64,000 nt of DNA, from assembly GCA_013239625.1 (NCBI GenBank), contig MU053994.1:995775-1059774 (forward strand), written 5' to 3'. Positions 26,301-37,490 of the stretch are shown in pieces. The position numbers were made by a program, and so were the translations under genes. This DNA is from Lama guanicoe (Eukaryota). Below the pieces are notes generated by a model. That model was not told the origin of the DNA and did no database searches. It saw only the letters and a program-made list of their open reading frames with translations. The stretch's first letter is position 1. Every line of letters starts with the position of its first letter.

Positions 26301-27539
26301 TGAAGAGCAGTACAGAAGGGGAAGGGACCTCTGCTAGAAAACGGTAGAGTGGAGGTCAGGGAAAGATGTACAGTGGATCCTTACCACAGGGTCTTTAAAA
26401 TGTCCGGGGGATGTCTAGGCCGAAAATGAGCAAAGACACAAAATGGCCTGATGGGTTGCAGGGAGCTGCAGTTGGTTGGATATTATTGAAGCATCAGATT
26501 TAAATGTAGGGGATTTAAATCCGAGGAGAAAACGTGGCCCAAGTTGGGCTCTTAAGTATGAAGAGAATACTGATCGGTGGGAAGGAGTGCTTTTCAGGTT
26601 GGAGAGAACGTATGAGCAAAGGTAGAGAATCAAGGCTGTTTATTCAGACAAATATAAAAGAATATGCAAAGAAGGTCACAAGAGGGGATATTTCCAGCAA
26701 TGTGGTAGATTGCTAAGACTTAGGAGAAAGGACTTCATACCAAAACATGAAATCAAGGTTTAGCCTATAATAAACTAGAGTTTCCCCAGTTTTACTAAGG
26801 AAGGCAAATGTGTCAGGATGGAAGCTGGGTGTGAGAGGAAAGAACTTGGTGACAAGGGGACAAAGCATAGATTAAGGAGGGAAATTTGAGAATTTAAACC
26901 AGTTTTGCTTTGGTGCTAATGAGTGAAAGATTAGAATTTAGGGCAGAAAGGCTGGTATCTTTGCTGTAAAAGACCAACAAGGTAACTGGCCAGAGTTCGT
27001 AGCACCCCATGAATGCTCTGTGCTCCTCTCACTCCAATGGGATGAATTTTGCTCTCAGTCTAGGATGGATGGCTCCGGTGAGTGTGATAAAATGAGTGGA
27101 GCCCAAACTCCCCCACTTCTTCCCAAACTGCACTGACCTCAGTAAACTATACCCAGGAGAGAGAGTTTGATTCTACAGGGTGATATATAGGTTAAAATTA
27201 TTCTGAGTCCCCTGTTTTGGGGGTCGATTTGCTGGGAAGTGCTGATGCTTCTGACCTTGAATTTAAGAAGCAGCAGCATTGTTGTTCTGGTGGCGTTCTG
27301 TGATATTTCGTCTCTTTTTTTCCAGCCTTTTGTGACTGCATGACAGTGATTAGGAATGGGGAGAAATCACACCAACATCAAAGTAAACCATACAGTATGC
27401 CGGAGCTTGGTTTTTCAATAATTTAACAAGTGTCCTTTTTAGTCATTTGTATTTTCTTAATGATTTTTGCATTTCAGAATAAATTAAATATTGTCACTAT
27501 AAACAGTCCTGATAAATCTACCCACCTTCCCCAGAAACT

Positions 27540-27880
27540 CTTACAGGTCTTGGGCAAATATTTTGCTTCTCTGGGCCTCAGTCTTCTCATTTGTAAAATT
27601 GTGGGGGTCGGACTAAGTGATGATGTTGATGAAGATAATGGCTAACATCGATTGAACGCTCCTGATGCACCAGCTCATAGTCCAAGTACGTTATCCATCT
27701 TAACTCACTCACTCCCCCCATCAGCCCTGTCAAGGAGGTACTATCATTCCTGACCCTACAGGTAACTTGGTAACTTGCCACACACATGGGTAACTCGCAG
27801 AAGATCTCTCAGATGGTAAGTGATATAGACAAGATTATTCTAACCCAGGTAGATTGCTGCAAGCCTGTTCACATGGCCAC
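27540..27880. mobile_element. Two adjacent MIR fragments in opposite orientation (+ 27540-27620; - 27635-27880)
   Basis: tcttgggcaaat ... ctctgggcctcagtcttctcatttgtaaaat, followed by ataatggctaacatcgattgaacgctc. Confidence 0.6.
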
Positions 27881-28373
27881 TGCTGCCTCCTGCTTCTCAC
27901 TCTTTCCCTGCTGACAGTAGGTGACTTCTAACGTGGTATCCAGTGAGGGGTTAGGAAACGTCACGACCTCAGTGTTTCTAGTGAAGCCCCCCTCCAACTG
28001 AATCTGCACTCAGACTCTGATAATACCAGGTTGAACCTGCTCGGATGGCTTTTAGTCCGACAAGCCCATTGTTGCCTGGCTGGGTCTCACCCCCTTGACC
28101 AGGGTCCCCACAGAGTCATCCCAAGGCCGACCTACAGGTGAAGGAGCTGACAGACTCCCTGCCTCTTCCAAGAGCTCAATTCAAAACAACTTGTTAGCAC
28201 GGATTTGAAAATGAATGAAAGCAAGCTTTTTCTTGAGAAGTCGGGAATAGCTGTGCAAAGTAAGGAAAAGGGTGTTGTTTAGCTGCAAAACAATATGGTT
28301 TGTTCTTCCTAAAAACCGGAGCAGACCTCTGGATTCCTGTCTAGATGCGTCTCAGAATGAAAGACTCCTCCAA

Positions 28374-28425
28374 GAAGCAATTCAGGACATAAAAGGATTG
28401 AAGCGATTCAGGACATAAAAGGATT
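28374..28425 (+). repeat. 26-bp tandem duplication (2 copies, 1 mismatch)
   Basis: gaagcaattcaggacataaaaggatt / gaagcgattcaggacataaaaggatt. Confidence 0.95.
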
Positions 28426-29721
28426 CTAGGCAGTGCAGCTTCTTGGTAGCATCGCGGCTGTGGAAATACCTGGACGAGCTGAGTAGTATCAATATTACCA
28501 ATAAAGTAACAATGGGATCCCCACAATTTTTGTGTAACATTTCCTGCTTATCAAGCCTGACTGGCTGCTGAGAACATTAGACATATTATCTATTAAAACC
28601 ACTCATTAACCCTATGAAATAACGAAGTAGAGTCATTGTATACGGGAAGAACTCGGAAGTAGAGGGTTGATTTTTTTGGTGTCTGCCCAGTTTACACTTA
28701 AGTCAGACTGCTTACTGGTCCATCATCTGCCAGCCGGTTACTAGCCTGACAAGTTCCAGACTTTTATTGGTCAAACAGTCTTAACACTTTGGTTTTCAAT
28801 CTGGCAAGGGTTGGTGCATTTTCAAATGAAGCCTGGAAAGTTATTACCACTTGGGAAAAAGTCTTTCGGCAACAAAGAAAAAAGAAAAAACTGCAGGATT
28901 GTGTGGCCAATGGGCTATGGCTGTGGCTTTCATCAGTCAATTTTATTTGGCCATTCAGCTCATACAAATTACCATGTAGAGCTGTGGGATTTTGTGAAGA
29001 TGGCATTTGTTTGTACTCTTTCCCTGAGGTGGCCATGGAATAGAGTAGAAGGATTAGGAGGGACGGGTGCGTGTAAAACGGGGGTTCTTAACAGGAGATG
29101 TCAGCAACCAGATGGGAGAGACCAGTGTAGCTGGAGAAACTGAATTCACAGTTACCATCGTTTTCATCTTTACTTCGGGGATATTCGTATCTTCAGGTTG
29201 TCATGAGAGAGCAGGTTGTCCCAGCTCATCGTCCTTGGCAGAGGTCAGCACTTACATTCCCCTGTGCTCCACTTAGAAAGAACAGCCCTGCTGTGCATCT
29301 TAAAGATAACTCAACCTGAAAGCCATCTGACCTTCGGGGAGAGTTACAGGTGCTCTGGGGGAGAAGGCAGGCATCGAAGTTTGGAAAGGGCTGTCCTGAC
29401 TAGAGATTTTCTTCTCATTACACTCAGCTGGAAATACAGACATTAAAAAAAAAATTATCCTCACTGCTGTTCTAACGCAGAAGTTTCTCCAGGTTGGTCT
29501 TGCTAGCTCGAGTCCTTTGGTTACGCTCTGTAAATGATTCCCCCGCTTGGATTAAAGGGAGAGAGTGCGTGCATGCAGTTAATACACAAACCATCATAGT
29601 AAATTTGTCCTGAGTTTTCCTGAAGCGCATTTTTGTGATACAGAATTTGTGTCACGGGATTCTGTTTTTAACCCTATTAATTCCCGGAAGGTACCAAATC
29701 TATTGAGAAAAGAAGCATTTC

Positions 29722-30432
29722 TTTTTTTCTTTTCCCTTTTTTAGTTTTATTAGGTTGAATTATTATAGTTCGACTGCACACACACATTATATTGCATGTA
29801 AATACATATATACAGTAGACTGCACTTTTTTAGTTTATATATATGTACTGATTATTGTTTCTAAGAACAGATTAGGTCTTTAGCTTTTTAAACTTACATA
29901 GTTATCAAAGGAATAAAGCTAACTACAAAATAAGAATCAACAGAATGCAGTAATCCAATCATAAAGGACAGTCAAATGTGCTTACACATATTCAAGAAAT
30001 CAAAATAATAATTAGTTCATTTGTGTCCTTATTATTATTATTATTATTATTTAGATTCCTCATATAAATGCTGTCATAAGTCATTTTTCTTTCTCTTTCC
30101 GGCCCACTTCACTTAGAATGACAATCTTCAGGCCCATCCATATTGTTGCAAATGGCATTATTTTATTCTTTTTTTTATCGCTGAGTAGCGTTCCATTGTA
30201 TATATGTACCACCTCTTCTTTATCCAGTCACCTGTTGATGGACATTTAGGTTGCTTCCATTTCTTAGCTATCGTAAATAGTGCTGCTGTGAACATTGGGT
30301 TGCATGTGTCTTTTTGAATTTTATTTTTCTCTGGATATATGCCCAGAAGTGGGATTGCTAGATCACATGGTAAGTCTATTTTCAGCTTTTTAAGGAACTT
30401 CCATAGTGTCCTCCATAGTGGCTGCACCAATA
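29722..30432 (-). mobile_element. 5'-truncated L1 insertion (ORF2 C-terminal remnant) with an atypical ~265-bp 3' segment, poly(A) tail and 17-bp TSD
   Basis: Exact TSD gagaaaagaagcatttc at 29705-29721 and 30433-30449. The minus-strand peptide [33 protein letters not shown]...MFTAALFTIAKKWKQPKCPS is the L1 ORF2 C-terminus. Minus-strand AATAAA at 29746-29751. Confidence 0.92.
30029..30051. repeat. (ATT)n microsatellite within the L1
   Basis: ttattattattattattattatt. Confidence 0.9.
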
Positions 30433-30899
30433 GAGAAAAGAAGCATTTCCTGAGCCCGCGCTCGAAGTAGAGCACCCTACTGGTTACTACTGGAAATATA
30501 AAGCACGATGGCTCAGTCCCTAACCTCAACTGTGTGTGTGCTATTCAGATGGCAAGCTGGACACTTAAAAAGTTTCAAGACAGATCAAAACTACAATCTG
30601 CCATTTGACATAATTGTAGCAGTGTTCATTGCATAGGTTTTATTTTAACCCTTTGCTTTTGAGCCTTTATCCTCAGGGGTTGATTACTGAAGAGCTGGAG
30701 GGTATTCTGCACAGATGGAGTCCTAGGGTTGGTAGCAGATTGTCAACCCTGATTCCTTTACGTTAGGATGATGTTGTTTAAATAAACTTGTTTTTCTAGG
30801 GAACTTAAAGTTTGGAGAACCAGGTCAGGCACAAATCGGATACACAAGAAAAAATGAATTAAACTATGTATCAAGAAAGCTAGTTTTTCAAAGTCCCTG

Positions 30900-31135
30900 A
30901 TGTGGTATAATCAAAAGGACTTGGCCTGTGAGGCAGGGCATCGGGTTTTAGTTCTATCTTGGTCACTTACAGAACGCGGGACTTCGGTTAACGCTTAATT
31001 GTCTCTGAACCTGCTTCTTCATATTGCAAATGGGCATGTTGATTATGTGGGCCTCATGGGGTTATGATGAGCATCAAATGGAATTTTCTGAATGAAAATA
31101 CTTTACAAACTGTAAAGCACATTACAGACGTGAGA
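30900..31135 (+). mobile_element. MIR relic
   Basis: tgtggtataat ... tctctgaacctgcttcttcatattgcaaatggg ... actttacaaactgtaaagcac. Confidence 0.75.
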
Positions 31136-31898
31136 CAAGATGTTAATGTTGTTACGTAAAATCCACAAGCCATTTTCTTCCTCCTGCAGTCTCTAATGAT
31201 TATATAATAATATGTCTTCACTCATCCTTTTTCTGCTTGTGTTTTGCGGTCATCCCTCAAAACACACCTCAGTTAAGATAAAGATCATCTCCATTACCCC
31301 TTGTGCCCCGCCTGTCATCCCCTCCAGGGATAGTCACTCTTCTGATTTCTGTCACTACATGTTAGTTTAGGCTCTTGCAATTTAAATGACTAAAGAATCA
31401 ACAGTATTATGTTATTCCCGTGGTGTAATGAGGGCCCCTGGTGCCTTCCCAGACTTGCTTGCTTTTTTTTTTTTTACTATATCATTTACTTAAATTAAAA
31501 AAAATTAACACCCTCTGGCATTTTGGAAGGTGTTTGTTTCATATGTACTTGAGCCGCAGGCTCTTGCCTCTCCCCAAGTGATTGTATTAACACATTGTGA
31601 CACAGGGGGCCGCCTCTTCCTATACTGTATCGTCCATATTTACCCATCTCTCTCCAACAGCCAAGCCCTGGTTCTTGTGTCGGTGGAGTCCCTGCTGCAG
31701 TAGTGGAAGCCACTGGCGGCTGAGCTGGCGAGTCAGGAGAGGGGTGATGGCATTTAACCCGATGTGGCAAAAGATGCCGTGTGGCCAAAGGATCCCGCCA
31801 ACCCCTTTGGGTGATTTAAGAGAGAACTACTTTGAATGAGCTGTAGAGCGGAGTGAATTCTGCAATGTACAGGTCACCTTAGGGTAATGTCTTTATTT

Positions 31899-32058
31899 TT
31901 TTTGTAATTTCTTTTTGGTGGGGGGGGGTTGTTGTTTTTCTTAGCAGGGGAGGTAATTAGGTTTATTTACTTACTTATTTTTAATGGAGGTACTGGGGAT
32001 TGAACCCAGGACCTTGTGCATGCTGAGCATGCGCTCTACCATTGAGCTCTACCCACCG
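31899..32058 (-). mobile_element. tRNA-derived SINE, Vic-1-like, with 20-bp TSD and extended tail
   Basis: ggaggtactggggattgaacccaggaccttgtgcatgctgagcatgcgctctaccattgagct; TSD ttagggta(a/g)tgtctttattt at 31879-31898 and 32059-32078. Confidence 0.92.
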
Positions 32059-32294
32059 TTAGGGTAGTGTCTTTATTTATTTGAGGGCACTTGCCACCGA
32101 ATCTCAGTCTTGTTTTGGGGAGGAGCTGAGGGAAGAGTCTGGCCTCCCGGAAGTTGTCAGCACTGCCCCCTCCCCCCAGTCAGCCCAGTCAGGAGGCCAG
32201 GACTTGCGCTCGTGTGAGCTGGTTCTGGATACCCACGTGGGGTTCTCCCAGGGCCTCTTCTGGGCAAAGACTTGGGCTGGTGATGGCATTTTCT

Positions 32295-32400
32295 CAAGAG
32301 GTGGTGACTTGGTCTTCCCCGAGACTTTTCTGGTGCTGCACAGAATACAGAGTGTTTAAATTGAGGCCGAGCAGGTAGACTGCCTCACAACCCCTCTCCT
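32295..32400 (+). repeat. ~105-bp dispersed direct duplication, copy A (partner 33696-33799)
   Basis: Shared exact blocks ttttctggtgctgcacag (18 nt), caggtagactgcc (13 nt) and ccctctcct, in the same order and spacing. Confidence 0.88.
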
Positions 32401-33695
32401 TGGTTCCAAGAGGAAAGGACTGGCCAAGTCTCTCAGTGGCAGGCACGGTAACCTGCGGTTTGCTCTGCTTACGACTTTTTCAGAGCTGTTCTCCGAGCTC
32501 TTGCTGATGAGATGAGGCGGGGAACATGGTCCTGCCCCCATCACAGCCGGTGGTGTCAGAGAGGTCCCCTGACCTGAGATGGGCCCCTCAGACTCGCTCC
32601 TCCACGAGTTTGAAATCAGTGTCCAAGGCTGTCCGTCAGGCTCTGCTGGATGTTTGAATTGGAAGGTGCCCTCGTGGGAGGCTTTTGTCATCATGTAGAG
32701 AGACCCAGTCCTCACAAATGGAGAAGAATGTGGCAGATTTGCGGGAGAAGACCATCCCAGGGCCCTCGCTGTAGGGGAGGGAAAGGGCACCTCGCCGGGC
32801 ACCTGTCCTGGAGTTGCCCTTAGGAAACTCCCCCGCTTTTGCTCAAGGTGGCCTGTATGGCTTTTCTCTGCAGCCACACAGTCCACAGTTGCAATACTTT
32901 CTGGTCGAACAACACAAGGCCAAATGAGTTGGAAGAGCAGTTTAGCAAAAATAAGAATAGCCACTGATTTCACAGTTCAGAATATACCCGTGGTGCTGGC
33001 TGGACCACCCTGCCAGCCAGTCACTCACAGTGTGTGCCGGGACTTCAGATGGCTCTGGACTTTGAGTACGAACAAATGGTAAGGTCTGGTAGCTTCCCCT
33101 GTGCCCAGGAAAGAGTGTCCTTGGTCACATTAGCTTGTGTGGAATACAGGGGGGCTCTGCTGTTCTGGCCCCTTATGTGCCCCTTTCAGTCACTTTTAGC
33201 CAATACTGCCTGTCAGTGGGGAAGGATTTCTGCTTTTTGCTGGGAAGCCTGTTTTTTAAAACAAGTAGTTGATGGTGACTATCAGGAAAGGAGGGGACTT
33301 ATATTAGTGGCTTCTGAGTTGGGGACGCCTGATGATCAAGTTGTATTATTCTGAACTTCCGATTTGCCGAAGACCACAGCAGTCACATTTGTTTCTAAGG
33401 ACAGTGTGGAAGCAATGCAACAACCCTTAATGCTGGTGCCACGCCCGACTGTCGGTGCATCTCCGGTTCTTCTTACCTGTCAGGTCCCCCCAACCCACTT
33501 TGCCCATGCCGTGCCCTCCCAGCATCCTCTGGGGCCAAAGTTGAGTGTGCATCAGTGTGCCCTAGATGAGACATTTGCTATCCAGGCACCCTCTATGATC
33601 ACGTTTAGTTATCAGAAACAAGCGCTTGATGCCACAGGGTGTGTATGGTTAAGAACACAGTCTCACCTGTGGTTGTGCTGGACACAGGGCTCCTG

Positions 33696-33799
33696 CAAGA
33701 GGCAGTGACTTGCTCTGCCAGAAAAATTTTCTGGTGCTGCACAGCCATAGAGTGTTGAGAATGAGGCTGACCAGGTAGACTGCCGGCAGTCCCTCTCCT
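33696..33799 (+). repeat. ~105-bp dispersed direct duplication, copy B
   Basis: See 32295-32400; L2-like sequence follows (gtcaggaaaggcctcttggtggagagggcatt). Confidence 0.88.
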
Positions 33800-35279
33800 C
33801 CGGTGGGAGGGGGTCACGGGGGATGCAGTAAGGTGTTCACAAAGGCTTAGGACGCGAGGCATAGTGCTGTTCATAAGAGAGATCTGACGAATCCTATGCA
33901 CGTTAAGAGGAAGATGAAATGATGACTGTCTTGGAGTGTCAGGAAAGGCCTCTTGGTGGAGAGGGCATTGTAGTTGTGCTTTGAAGGGCCAGTGGGACCT
34001 GGCTGGGCAGCGATGGGGCCGGAGGGTCGAGCAGACACAAGCAGCGCGCTCCACACGAGAGGGAGCTTGGCCGTGGCGGCTACTTCACCTCAGGGGTAAA
34101 AAGTGGAGCTGTAGCTGTCCCCATAGCCATGACCAAGTGCTAATTGCACAGCCCTTCTGAGGAGCTCAGTAACTGTTTTACAGAGAAGCGATTTCTGGTG
34201 CAGTATACTGTTACTAATAGGACCTTATTAGACACTTTCTTTTTTTTTTTTTACCTCCAATATATGTCAGGTTTTTTGAAAGAATCTTTGTCGATATGTG
34301 AAAAGCATGCAGGTTGCCTCTATAGCTTTTGTAAATTTATCTTTAACCAGCTTCTTTGATTCTGAAAGTCAGCCAGGATTTCTGACTCCAGCATGACATG
34401 GCGGAGAGGGGACGTATTGCCTGGGGAAGGGGCAGGGATTATAATGACAGAGCAAGACGTTCCTCCAGGTGCCATCTCCCCGCTTAATGAACACAGCTCA
34501 TTTTAGTTGCGACGTCATTTCACTGAGCAGGTATTTCTAACCAGTTCCTCTTGGAGGTCAAAGGCAACGTTGCTTGGAGCGTAGGAAAAACGGTTTGCCT
34601 GGTTCCTGCGTTGCTGAAGGTCCTGTTGATTCATGTGTGAAAATCCAGGGAGATGATCTGCCGGAAAAGCACACGGCTTCCAGGGCAACAGTCAGGATCA
34701 GAATGACTTTTTTCTGGCAATTCTGCCTTTCCTGCTGGCTCCCCTTCCTTGGCACTTCTGTCTCATGGTGGCCTCTGGAGACCCTGTGGAAATGCCCAGA
34801 AAGCTGTTTACCTTCTGTTGTCACACGTCTTAAGGCAACCCACTCCATCTGAGGCAATGCGTACTATTAGAAGGTTCTTCCTTGGACTGAGACAAGAATC
34901 TGTTTTCCTGTAACTTTCCCCGTTAGTGGCTTAAATATAGACCTTTGAGGACTGGCCTAGGAACACAGGCATCGTATCTAACACTGTTTCTGAAAGAAAA
35001 TGCATTCTGAGTTCCACACATGTTTCCTGCATGTTGAACACTAGGAACTGCCTTAAAAACTCATGGGAATTGGTTCAGAGGGCTGATTTTCTCATAACTC
35101 ACTCTTAACAAGCACTGAGGTGGTATAAGAAAAACCAGGCTTCTCATCCCATCACTTAGCCACCTGGAGGGGAAGCCCAGGGACTGGATAATTTTGGGCC
35201 AAGGGGACCACGGCCCTGGAAGCTGGCCCGCTTGGCTCACACTGCCACAGGAGGCAGAGATCACGATGGCTGGGGAAAC

Positions 35280-35470
35280 TGCCTTGGAGGCAGATGGAGA
35301 TGAATTTAACCCTGGGCTGTACCACTTACTAGCTTTGTGACTTTGAGCACGTTGCCTGACCTTTCAAAAACCTCAGTTTTCAAAGCCTGTTTTTAATCTG
35401 CAAAAGAGATGAAGAAGAAATGTGACGAAGCATAAAGAGAGCCCAGTACTGCTCAATAAATGCCATTTAT
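35280..35470 (+). mobile_element. MIR relic
   Basis: cttactagctttgtgactttgagcacgttgcctgacc ... cctcagtttt ... gctcaataaatg. Confidence 0.7.
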
Positions 35471-36164
35471 CATAGGCACGTACACACACAGTTAACTGTG
35501 TTGCCGGTCTGCGCCCGGAGTTCGTGAAGGACTGATCGATCGCATCCCCTTTCCGGGCTGCGGGGCAGGCAGGCAGGATGCCGCTGCCTTTAGCCGGTGA
35601 CTCAGCCCAGCGCTTTGGGTCAGAGCTACTTTGAAAGTCTGATCATTCCACAGCTTCAGAGTGGGTTCTCCACATATATATTTCAGCCATGGCTTCTTGT
35701 TTCTCTTCTCAAGACCAAACCCAGAGTACCTCTAAACTTTCCCCAGAACATGCTACAATTTCCTGTTTGTATGTCAAGCTTTACTCATTCTGGAGATTGG
35801 TCCTTGTGTTAGATTTGTGTCTGGGATTTGTGATATTTAACCTTTCTAATTCATCACAATATATACATTAGGATATTTATTGTCCATCCCTGGTTTTTAA
35901 AGTATTAAGCTGTAGCTTGGAGCAGAACATGTTTCCGTTTCTGTAGATTTTCCTGCTTGAAAGGGGAGAAATAATGGATAGCATTTTAAAATAAATAAAT
36001 CGGTGACCATGCCTGCAGATTTTATTTTTTAGTTGTGGCATCCAGATTCTCAGGGTTGAGAATCCACCTGGCATCGGTGCCAGGATGGATGACACTGGCT
36101 TCCGAGCTTTCTTGTAGAAGAATTACGAGTAGAGGGTTGGAGAGAAAGAATCTTCTCCAGGGCT

Positions 36165-36335
36165 GGTTACTTAAGAGGACGCGAGAGGAAGGCAGTGGTT
36201 GAGGACTGGGGCTTGAGTACCTACTCTGCCACTTAGTGGTGATGACCTCGAGCAAGTTTCGTAGGGTTATTAGGAGGATTGAGCTAGATAAAGCATTAAA
36301 GCACTTAACCCAGTGCCCAGCACATAGAAAGTGCT
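36165..36335 (+). mobile_element. MIR relic with internal deletion
   Basis: ctctgccacttagtggtgatgacctcgagcaagtt ... taaagcacttaacccagtgcccagcacatagaaagtgct. Confidence 0.75.
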
Positions 36336-36594
36336 GCCCCCCTCCGGCCCCCTGCCATAGTACATTTTTTAAAAGAGAAATCTTGCTGGTATAAGCACTG
36401 CTCATTCTTGACTCCTAACCATCAATTACAGACCTCATGGAGTTACAGGATGTTAGAGCTTCGAATTATGTTTCCATTAGTGGTGATGGATTAGACGGAA
36501 CTATTCCACACGTTCTCATTTAGTCCCCATTGTGGTCAGAAGGAGATATTTATGAAGCAATATGCTGGATAAGAAGTGAATTGGCCAAAGACTA

Positions 36595-36670
36595 GGTCAT
36601 CAGTGAAACCGGAGGTGTGAACTACATTGAGACAGTCTTAACCCCTCCAGCGTGCTCACTTCTTCCTTTT
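36595..36670 (+). repeat. 76-bp dispersed direct duplication, copy A (partner 38677-38752)
   Basis: Gapless hand alignment, 8 mismatches in 76, all transitions. Confidence 0.93.
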
Positions 36671-36877
36671 GCATGCTCCTGGAGCCTAGTAAGCACGGGG
36701 GGGAGCCGGGAGCGGGGGTCACATCAGAGAACTCTCGAGCAGTGCAGGTCAAGTAGAGCCTTGCTCGCCAGGGTGAGAACATTGGCTTTCGCTCTGAGAG
36801 TGGAATGTGTGGAAGACACTTGAGCAAAGGAGTCGTGTTGTTGGACTTAGGTTTGAAGGGATCACCCTGCCTGGGTT

Positions 36878-36964
36878 AAAAGTAATGCTACTCACTGGGG
36901 TGTATTCGGGTTTGTTTTCTAAAACTGAGATGTGGAACATGTTGAAAAACTGAGATCTGTAATG
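36878..36964 (+). repeat. 87-bp dispersed direct duplication, copy B (partner 11724-11810)
   Basis: aaaagtaatgctactcactggggtgtatt ... gagatctgtaatg. Confidence 0.92.
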
Positions 36965-37356
36965 AGCAAAGATGGAGGCAGGGAGAGAAGGCAGAGATGG
37001 CTGCTTTGCCCAGGTGATGGTGGGCAAAGTGTCTTCACAGTGCTTTTCTGTAATAGCTGATTTTTTTTTTGTCAAGAACTTGTGCTACCTAAAGTCACTC
37101 CCCCCTCCACAACACCCTCATAGTATTAGACTTCTGACTTTTCTCTGTGCGTCTTTTTGGGTGGCACTATCACATGTGTGTGCAGTGTGGATATCTGAAG
37201 GTTGAGAGGAAAGTTAATTCCATCCCTAATAGAAATGTTGTTTTTTCCCTCCCGTAAATCATCTCAGGAGAAAGTTATGACCACTGAAGGGAGAGCACCA
37301 CCTCACTGTTCATGTAAGAATCTCATTGAATATTGTGGGCATGTTTCTGCCACAGA

Positions 37357-37490
37357 TTTTTTTTTTACTAATTTAATAATTTTTTTCCACTCATTTAAAC
37401 TCATTTTACTCATTTAATTTTTTTCACTTACTTTACTCATTTTTTTACTCATTTTTTTTTACTCATTAATAGATCCTCTCTCTCATTATG
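37357..37490 (+). repeat. Degenerate (T)nACTCA low-complexity repeat, YCAY-rich
   Basis: Repeated tttactcat units; 9 YCAY tetramers in 37387-37486. Confidence 0.85.

Larger units (their letters stand above)
36535..37026 (-). mobile_element. L2 relic interrupted by two templated insertions
   Basis: ggtcaagtagagccttg ... ttggctttcgctctgag ... gaagggatcaccctg, resuming after the insert as gatggaggcagggaga ... ccaggtgatggtgg; follows the reverse L2 consensus as I recall it. Confidence 0.65.

Noticed and set aside
30158..30529. 123-aa ORF as a gene
   Set aside because: Truncated L1 ORF2 C-terminus fused to flanking sequence across the TSD.
32356..32973. Longest ORF in the track (205 aa, minus strand)
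   Set aside because: Non-ATG start, no recognisable domain, composition typical of GC-rich intron; expected by chance.
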